From contig CAVUSQ010000002.1 in assembly GCA_963744175.1 (NCBI GenBank), positions 62,178 to 126,177 on the forward strand: a DNA stretch of 64,000 nt, given 5' to 3'. Numbering within the stretch: position 1 is the stretch's first letter; each line of letters begins with the position of its first letter. The DNA comes from Bryobacterales bacterium. GTDB lineage: Bacteria; Acidobacteriota; Terriglobia; Bryobacterales; Bryobacteraceae. The notes beneath the pieces are model-generated. The model worked only from the letters and a program-made list of their open reading frames with translations. It made no database searches and had not been told where the DNA came from. Positions 58,042-64,000 of the stretch are shown here, in pieces. The translations under genes and the position numbers were made by a program.

Positions 58042-59052
58042 CTAAAAATATGGAGCGTGCGACATCGGCGATGGCAGGCCGTCGGCGGTATCCAATTCCA
58101 TGAATTCGACGCGAGTGCCGTCGGGATCGAAGAAATTTCCCTGCCATTTGTGGTTCACGCCCACATGCGCCTCATGCTGGCGATCGTAGTCCTTGAACGC
58201 GGGCCGGGCCTCTACCGCCGCGACCGTCTTCGCCATCGTGTCCAACGTTGCGAGAGCGATATGACCGGATCCGCGACCCCCGGTCGGAGGCGGGTCGGGC
58301 CGAGTCCGCATAAGGCTCCATTCGATATAGTCGTCGCTTTCCGGCAGCTTCAAATTCGACAGGTTGGCAAACAGCGGGCCCTCTCTCGGCGCTGAAGGGG
58401 CTGCTCCCGGAGCTTTCATGGTGGGATCGGCGCGCCAAAATTCGCGTACTCCGAACCCATCCAGATAAAACTTCGTCGTTTCCGGTTTCGAAATACTGAA
58501 TCCGGTGTGAAGGATACGGCGGGAAAGGCGCTGGTCCGAAAGATCCTTACCATAGCTCAGCACGCTGAGACTCTCCGGCGTATATTGCATCACCTCGATC
58601 GCATCGCCGTCAGGGTCCGATATCTGGAAGGCCAGATCGTGAGTGGGCGTTTTCGCAATTTTGCCGGGTACGGAATAGCCCAAGGATTTCAGATAGAGCC
58701 GCATCGCCTCCGCGTCGTCCGTCTCGACAGCATAACCGGCCCAACGCATTTCCGTGTTGGAGGACTCCGGCATCACGACAATGTACTGCCGGTTATTCAC
58801 TTTGAAGTAGACACTGGAAACCTGGTCCTGAGGAAGGCCGCTTTTTACCACCGCAGTCTGATTCCGAAGGACTGTAAAAACCTCCTGAAATCCGAGCAGA
58901 TCTCCGTAGAAATGGCGCGATGCGTTCAGATCGTGCGATCGCACCACAATCTTGGAGACGCCGAGCAGCCGGGGCCGCTTCGCATCTTCCGCGTTTGCGG
59001 TAACCGTCATGAGTGTTCCGGTCAGTATGGTGGCGATGATAAATTTGGTCAT
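58042..59052 (-). CDS. Secreted two-domain VOC (glyoxalase/bleomycin-resistance/dioxygenase) family protein
   Basis: Start placed at ATG 59052 (MTKFIIATILTGTLMTVTANA signal). VVRSHDLNASRHFYGDLLGFQEVF and HTGFSISKPETTKFYLDGFGVREFW are VOC beta-alpha-beta-beta-beta starts. An alternative start lies at 59067. Confidence 0.75.
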   Translation of the reverse strand: MTKFIIATILTGTLMTVTANAEDAKRPRLLGVSKIVVRSHDLNASRHFYGDLLGFQEVFTVLRNQTAVVKSGLPQDQVSSVYFKVNNRQYIVVMPESSNTEMRWAGYAVETDDAEAMRLYLKSLGYSVPGKIAKTPTHDLAFQISDPDGDAIEVMQYTPESLSVLSYGKDLSDQRLSRRILHTGFSISKPETTKFYLDGFGVREFWRADPTMKAPGAAPSAPREGPLFANLSNLKLPESDDYIEWSLMRTRPDPPPTGGRGSGHIALATLDTMAKTVAAVEARPAFKDYDRQHEAHVGVNHKWQGNFFDPDGTRVEFMELDTADGLPSPMSHAPYF

Positions 59053-59069
59053 TGTTGCGACGTCCATTA

Positions 59070-59104
59070 TATATCGCTTCAGATCGCGGGCAGGCAGCGA
59101 TATA
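59070..59104. promoter_or_regulatory. Perfect 9-bp inverted repeat in a divergent promoter region (candidate operator)
   Basis: TATATCGCT (59070-59078), 17 nt, AGCGATATA (59096-59104). It lies between the VOC gene start and the creatininase-fold paralog 3 start. Confidence 0.3.
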
Positions 59105-59131
59105 CTGGCGCCTACTACAGGAGGTACCACT

Positions 59132-60052
59132 TTGAAACTGACACAGATGGGAGTGCTTTGCGCACTCCTTGCACCTTGGGCGCCCGGCCAGACTGCGGCC
59201 ATGCGCACTCGCTATCTTCCCAGCCTGACGAATCCGGAAGTCGAACAGTATCTGAAACGGAACGATATTATCTTTATCCCGGTTGGCACGGTGGAATCGT
59301 TCGGAACCATGCCCTCGGACATGGAGTATCGGATGGCGGAAGCGTATGCAGCCAAGATGGCGGAGGAAGTCGATGGCTTGGTGCTGCCTCACGTCCTGTA
59401 CTTTTATCCCGGCGTTACGGTTACCGGGGCGGCTTCGGTCTACATCCCGCAGGATATCGGTCTCAGTTATTTGAAAGCGTTGGCGCACTCCTTGCTCCGC
59501 CAGGGATTTCGCCGCCAGATCTATTTGTCCGCGCATGGACCTTCAGACCAGTATGTGAGCGGCATGGTGAGGCAGTTTTTCGAAGAGACGAAGGATCCGG
59601 TTTTGTATATCCACTTGCCGCTTCTCAATCGCGCGCAGGCGCCCGCCGGGGCCGGAAACACGTTTCGCTCGATTGGTTATGGCGCCTATTATCTACTCGG
59701 CAGAATGAACGATATTCCACTCGATCTCGATCCGCCGAAACCCGACATGCCTCCTCTGCCGAGGCCTCCGGCGTCGCTCGCAATCCTCTCTCCTCTCGCT
59801 CCGGAGAGCAGCGCGGTGGGTAGCTATGAACCGGATCCGGAACATAACGGTGGCAGACCCCTTCAGCCGGTTCATATGACAGCGGAGGAGCGCGAGAGGC
59901 TCGGCAAAGAAGGTGCTGCGTTAATTGAGCGCAACATCCGAGCGGTCAATATCAAAGCGGTTGTCCAGGCGCTACGCGATGAGGATAAGTATGTTCACGA
60001 CATCATTCTGCCGCGCTTCAAAGATATCCTGCCCAAGGATCAGCCGCAATAA
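59132..60052 (+). CDS. Creatininase-fold paralog 3 with short signal peptide
   Basis: Start placed at TTG 59132 (GGAGG SD 8 nt upstream; LKLTQMGVLCALLAPWAPGQTAA) or ATG 59147. IFIPVGTVESFGTMPSDMEY (His replaced by Phe). RQGFRRQIYLSAHGPS. The track extension to 58952 overlaps the VOC gene. Confidence 0.75.
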   Translation: MKLTQMGVLCALLAPWAPGQTAAMRTRYLPSLTNPEVEQYLKRNDIIFIPVGTVESFGTMPSDMEYRMAEAYAAKMAEEVDGLVLPHVLYFYPGVTVTGAASVYIPQDIGLSYLKALAHSLLRQGFRRQIYLSAHGPSDQYVSGMVRQFFEETKDPVLYIHLPLLNRAQAPAGAGNTFRSIGYGAYYLLGRMNDIPLDLDPPKPDMPPLPRPPASLAILSPLAPESSAVGSYEPDPEHNGGRPLQPVHMTAEERERLGKEGAALIERNIRAVNIKAVVQALRDEDKYVHDIILPRFKDILPKDQPQ

Positions 60053-60127
60053 GTCTGCTGACTTGACCGCATTCCGGTGCTGGCAACTCCCCACTCGCAG
60101 GCCGCGCACAGTGACCCGATTTATAAG

Positions 60128-62581
60128 CTACTCGCACCTGAGTGCCGCCACAGGATCGAGGCGCATAGCGCGGCGTGCGGGAACGTAACACGCGACAAGC
60201 GCGACCACCATCAATATCACGGCAACGGCGGCGTACGTCAGCGGGTCGTGCGCAGTCACACCGAAAAGCTGGTTGGCCATAAGGCGGGTCAATCCGAATG
60301 CCGCGGCGAGGCCGGCAGCCACGCCAACGAGCGCCATTTTAGCGCCTTCGCTAAGCACCATACGCATCACATCGCTGCGCTGCGCGCCGAGGGCGATTCG
60401 CACGCCGATTTCGTGCGTGCGCTGGCCGACCAAATAAGAAACCACGCCGTAAATTCCGACGCACGCCAGCACCAGCGCGAGGCCCGCGAACACCCCCAGA
60501 AGAATCATCGAGAGTCTGCGCGGAGCAAGAGCGCCAGCCAGAACCTGGTCCATCGTCTGCACGCCATAGATGACCTCGCGAGAGTCGAGTTCCTGAACGC
60601 TTCGGCGAACATCCTTCATAATCGACGCGGGATCGCCCTCCGTGCGAACCACAACCGCGGCGCCGCCCGCGGCGAGAGCCATCAGTTTATCTGGAATTTG
60701 CATGAACGGGTAGAAAAACTGCGCTTCGATCGACGCTTGGGCGTCACCGCCCGGCCCCCATTGCTTAATATGCCCCACCACTCCGACGATTTCCGCCTGC
60801 ACGTCGAACTGCATCAGGTGGACCCGCTTCCCGATGGGATTCTCGCCCGGAAAGTACGTGCGCGCGAAAACGTCGTCAATGTCCATCACCAGCGGAGTGT
60901 TCTCATTATCCTGCTCGGTGACGAAGCGGCCGCGTTCCAGGGTGATTCCCATGGCCTGCTGGAAATCCGCTTCGACTAGATAAAACATCGCTCCGGGCAT
61001 CTCGTTTTCGCTCGCCGGCTTCGGCCGTCCTTCGATCCAGAACGGCACTGCGGAGTCATGAATCATCGGGCGCGAGCCCAGCGTGACAGAGACGGCCCGC
61101 ACCCCGGGAATCGATCGAATCTTATCGTGGAATTGACGCAGCCTGGCGCGCGTTTCGGCTGTTGTGGTCGCCGAGGATGACGGCATCGACACGCTGAAGG
61201 TAATTGCCCCACTCGGCTGGTATCCGGGATTCACGCGCCACAGCGCTGCAAGACTGCGAAGCATCAGGCCCGCGCCGATCAGAAGAACAAGGGCCATCGC
61301 GATTTCGACTGCCACAAAGGCGCCTTGCAGTCGATGACGTGCGCCGCTGGAGCCGCGGCCGCTCTCCCTCAGAACCTCCTGCAAATCTACGCGTGAACTT
61401 TTGAGGGCCGGGGAAAGTCCGAAAATAATCGCGGCAAATAGAGATAGCGCCATCGTGAACAGCAGCACGCGTCCATCCAAGATTGCTCCGGCGGAGACTT
61501 CTCCGGCGCGCGGCAGCGTCCCGGGCAAAACCTGGAGCGCCGCTCTCATGGCGCCAAAGGCGATCAGCAATCCCAGCATCCCTCCCAGCGCGGCGAGAAG
61601 AACATTTTCCGTGAGAAGCTGGCGGACGATGCGCGTGTGGCCTGCGCCCAGGGCCGCGCGAACGGCGAACTCACGCGAGCGCCGGGTCGCGCGCGCCAGC
61701 AGAAGATTCGCCACGTTCGCGCAAGCAATCAACAGCAGGAAACCGACGGCGGCGAGAAGCACTAGCAGGAAGGGTTGAACGTTGCCGACGATGTCCTCCT
61801 TCATCGGGACCAGCGTAATGCCAACGCTTTTATTGGAATCCGGAAAGGCGGCGGCAAGATCGCGCGAAACGACGTCCATATCGGCTTTCGCCCGCTGGAG
61901 ACTGACGCCGGGTTTCAGCCGGCCGACGACGCGCGCGCTCACAGAGATGCGGCGATCGCGAAACGAGGCATCGTTCCACTGGCCAATGGGCGTGTAGACG
62001 TCGCGATCCTGGCCGTAGAAACTGAAGCTGGAAGGAATCACGCCCACGATCGTATAAGATGTTCCGTTGAGAACCAGCGATTTGCCGGTGACGTCCGGTG
62101 AGGCGCCGAATGCCCGTGTCCAGAAGCCGCCGCCTAGAATCACCACCGGCGCCGCCCCCACCTCATCGTCCTCAGGCCGGAACGTGCGACCGAGAACGGG
62201 ATTTATGCCGAGGGTGGAAAAGAAGTCCGCGGAAATCATATAACCGCTCAGGCGCTGAGCTTCCGCTGTGCCGCTCACGTTGTAATCTTTGTTGCGGTAG
62301 ATGGCCATCGACGCGAACGTCTGCGTTTCGCGGCGCCAATCCAAAAAATTGAGGTAGACGGGCGGGCTTTTGTCGTCTCCTGGCCTTTTCTCGGAAACGG
62401 CCACCAGTTGTTCCGAATGAGGATATGGCAACGGATTGAGCAGGACGCCGTCGACGATGGAGAAAAGCGCCGTGTTCGCCCCAATCCCGATCGCCAGAGT
62501 GAGAATGGCAATGACGGCGAAGCCCGGCGACTTAAGGAGTATCCGAACGGCGTACGGCAAATCTTGTGACAGGACCGTCAT
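60128..62581 (-). CDS. ADOP-family (MacB_PCD + duplicated FtsX) ABC permease, intact, no adjacent PadR
   Basis: 817 aa. It starts directly at DLPYAVRILLKSPGFAVIAILTLAIGIGANTALF, without the charged cytoplasmic leader of the other two copies. FtsX motifs LIACANVANLLLARA, REFAVRAALGAGHTRI and QRTHEIGVRIALGAQRSDV. C-terminus RLDPVAALRCE. Confidence 0.9.
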   Translation of the reverse strand: MTVLSQDLPYAVRILLKSPGFAVIAILTLAIGIGANTALFSIVDGVLLNPLPYPHSEQLVAVSEKRPGDDKSPPVYLNFLDWRRETQTFASMAIYRNKDYNVSGTAEAQRLSGYMISADFFSTLGINPVLGRTFRPEDDEVGAAPVVILGGGFWTRAFGASPDVTGKSLVLNGTSYTIVGVIPSSFSFYGQDRDVYTPIGQWNDASFRDRRISVSARVVGRLKPGVSLQRAKADMDVVSRDLAAAFPDSNKSVGITLVPMKEDIVGNVQPFLLVLLAAVGFLLLIACANVANLLLARATRRSREFAVRAALGAGHTRIVRQLLTENVLLAALGGMLGLLIAFGAMRAALQVLPGTLPRAGEVSAGAILDGRVLLFTMALSLFAAIIFGLSPALKSSRVDLQEVLRESGRGSSGARHRLQGAFVAVEIAMALVLLIGAGLMLRSLAALWRVNPGYQPSGAITFSVSMPSSSATTTAETRARLRQFHDKIRSIPGVRAVSVTLGSRPMIHDSAVPFWIEGRPKPASENEMPGAMFYLVEADFQQAMGITLERGRFVTEQDNENTPLVMDIDDVFARTYFPGENPIGKRVHLMQFDVQAEIVGVVGHIKQWGPGGDAQASIEAQFFYPFMQIPDKLMALAAGGAAVVVRTEGDPASIMKDVRRSVQELDSREVIYGVQTMDQVLAGALAPRRLSMILLGVFAGLALVLACVGIYGVVSYLVGQRTHEIGVRIALGAQRSDVMRMVLSEGAKMALVGVAAGLAAAFGLTRLMANQLFGVTAHDPLTYAAVAVILMVVALVACYVPARRAMRLDPVAALRCE

Positions 62582-62671
62582 GGCTGCATTTTATGTCATC
62601 CCCTGATGTGTCGCAATATCGGCCACGATAGGGGAATGGCTGGAGTCCTGGGACGCTCTCAACTCCAGAAT

Positions 62672-63403
62672 TCAGACCAGGACCGTCCCGCCATCGACCA
62701 CCACGGTCTGCCCAGTGGCGAATCCCTCTTGCATCAGGAATAGATAGGCTTGTGCTATGTCATGAGGTTCACCGACTCGACCCACAGGCAGACTATTGCC
62801 GACACTGTCAAACAGGTGCTCCCGTTCTGCTGCCGTCATGTTCTGCCACAGATTCGTCCGAACAATGCCAGGCGAGACCGCATTCACACGAATCGGCGCT
62901 AACTCCAGGGCAAGGGCGCGTGTCAGGGCTTCGATGGTTCCGCAGACACTGGCGGCAACTACCCATCCTTTACGTGGACGCTGCCCGGCAATTCCGGTGG
63001 TGAGGACAATCGAGCCCCCCTTGCGAATATTCCTGCTTCCGTATTTGACTGCGGCCAGCGCTGCCCAATAACGCAGCTCAAAGGCCTGTCTGGCCTGCTT
63101 GAGGTCCGTGGCGGCAAGGTCGTGCAAATGGAGGGTATCGCCAGCGGTGAATACCAGGTGATCGAAAGCACCGAGCTTGGTAAAGAGCGTTTCGACAGCC
63201 TGCTCGTCGGAGAGGTCCAGCGCGTGCCCCTCCGCGTTTCCGCCAAACGCTTCAACCGCCTTCTGAACTCGTTCCGGATTGCTTGAGGCGATAACGATCT
63301 TGGCGCCCTGTGATGCCGCCTGCTCGGCGACCGCAAAACCAATCCCGGACGAACCACCCAAGATCACTACCCGCTCGTTCTGTAAACCGTTTCCTTGTTG
63401 CAT
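62672..63403 (-). CDS. SDR-family oxidoreductase (atypical active-site region)
   Basis: 243 aa. Gly-rich VVILGGSSGIGFAVA, PIRVNAVSPGIVRT, and C-terminal GQTVVVDGGTVLV. At the position where YxxxK is expected by my by-eye alignment the sequence reads AASVC. Confidence 0.8.
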   Translation of the reverse strand: MQQGNGLQNERVVILGGSSGIGFAVAEQAASQGAKIVIASSNPERVQKAVEAFGGNAEGHALDLSDEQAVETLFTKLGAFDHLVFTAGDTLHLHDLAATDLKQARQAFELRYWAALAAVKYGSRNIRKGGSIVLTTGIAGQRPRKGWVVAASVCGTIEALTRALALELAPIRVNAVSPGIVRTNLWQNMTAAEREHLFDSVGNSLPVGRVGEPHDIAQAYLFLMQEGFATGQTVVVDGGTVLV

Positions 63404-63470
63404 TGAATTCCTTTCTGTCTACAACGTCAAAGATGCCGTGGATCTCGCATGCGGTTCATGCATAATAATC

Positions 63471-64000
63471 ATGATGTCTATGCGTTTAGAGAAACTACGC
63501 CAGGTCGATTTGAACCTTCTGATTACATTCGCCGCCATTGCGGAGGAGAAGACCGTCACGGCAGCAGCGTCCCGGCTATTGCTGAGCCAGCCCGCTGTAA
63601 GCAGGGCGCTGCAGCGCGCACGCGCACTATTTCAGGACGACCTTCTGGTCCGGTCTCCGAAGGGGTTCGAACTCACGTTGCGAGGCCGCAGGATCCTTGA
63701 TGAACTTGAGGTTCTGGTGCCCAAGATGGAAAACCTGATCGCGCCCACTGCTTTCGACCCACTAAGGGAGAAGAGTCACTTCCGGATTTCCGGCCCCGAC
63801 AATGTTTGCACAGTCGTGCTGCCGCGTTTGTGCCGGCAATATGCGAACGGGCGCTACCAAGTCCATTTTGAATTCCATCCGTGGCAGAGTGGCGTCGCGG
63901 AGCTGGTTGAGCACGGGCAACTCGATCTTGTTCTCCACATTGATGACGGGCTCCTGCCGTCGCACTTTCAGTCGGAGAGGCTCTATCGTGAGGATTGGAT
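63471..64000 (+). CDS. LysR-family transcriptional regulator (3' end runs off the window)
   Basis: Absent from the track because no stop lies in the window. MMSMRLEKLRQVDLNLLITFAAIAEEKTVTAAASRLLLSQPAVSRALQRARALFQDDLLVRS... is a LysR/NodD-type HTH. Divergent from the SDR gene. Confidence 0.8.
   Translation, partial: MMSMRLEKLRQVDLNLLITFAAIAEEKTVTAAASRLLLSQPAVSRALQRARALFQDDLLVRSPKGFELTLRGRRILDELEVLVPKMENLIAPTAFDPLREKSHFRISGPDNVCTVVLPRLCRQYANGRYQVHFEFHPWQSGVAELVEHGQLDLVLHIDDGLLPSHFQSERLYREDW

Noticed and set aside
58507-59823. 438-aa plus-strand ORF, plus the 247-aa minus ORF 58793..59536
   Set aside because: They overlap the VOC gene and creatininase-fold paralog 3 in other frames or strands. 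The products are low-complexity, while the chosen frames give paralog and family matches.
60077-60979. 300-aa plus-strand ORF
   Set aside because: It is antisense to the intact ADOP permease 60128..62581.
1-64000. CRISPR arrays, rRNA, tRNA and large tandem repeats
   Set aside because: I found no regularly spaced direct repeats, no rRNA-like conserved stretches and no cloverleaf candidates while reading both strands. This is a by-eye scan, so small RNAs could have been missed.

Overview
GC-rich chromosomal segment. The gene content points to Acidobacteriota (Solibacter/Bryobacter-like): three ADOP-type duplicated FtsX/MacB-like permeases (two coupled to PadR regulators), two ~1100-aa CarboxypepD_reg/TonB-dependent-receptor-like outer-membrane proteins, a PSD1/DUF1549/DUF1553 + DUF1501 pair, and a TPR + CRTAC1/ASPIC-UnbV pair. 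All family calls are from reading motifs by eye; no search was run. I found no rRNA, tRNA or CRISPR array. Main points follow. (1) At 12.6-19.6 kb on the minus strand lies a tightly packed, translationally coupled eight-gene operon. It joins PspA/IM30 (ESCRT-III superfamily), a NitT/TauT-type ABC importer whose binding protein carries a C-terminal OmpA-like domain, a membrane-anchored coiled-coil protein, a classical-clade AAA+ ATPase with a degenerate N-terminal half, and a small acidic protein. This is my best candidate for an undescribed system. (2) At 44.8-60 kb lies an island of Sec/Tat-exported enzymes. It includes three signal-peptide-bearing creatininase-fold paralogs with substituted metal ligands, three Tat-signal TIM-barrel isomerase-like proteins and a shared 3-Cys C-terminal module. 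(3) In two blocks (1.3-10.3 kb and 32.3-37.9 kb) nearly every gene is broken by frameshifts, while neighbouring 800-1100-codon ORFs are intact. (4) A more AT-rich orphan-gene islet sits beside a decayed IS1595-family transposase, and several repeated or palindromic intergenic elements occur. The ORF track uses ATG/GTG/TTG and the longest extension, so several starts are re-placed at internal start codons that form 4-nt ATGA/GTGA overlaps with the upstream stop.
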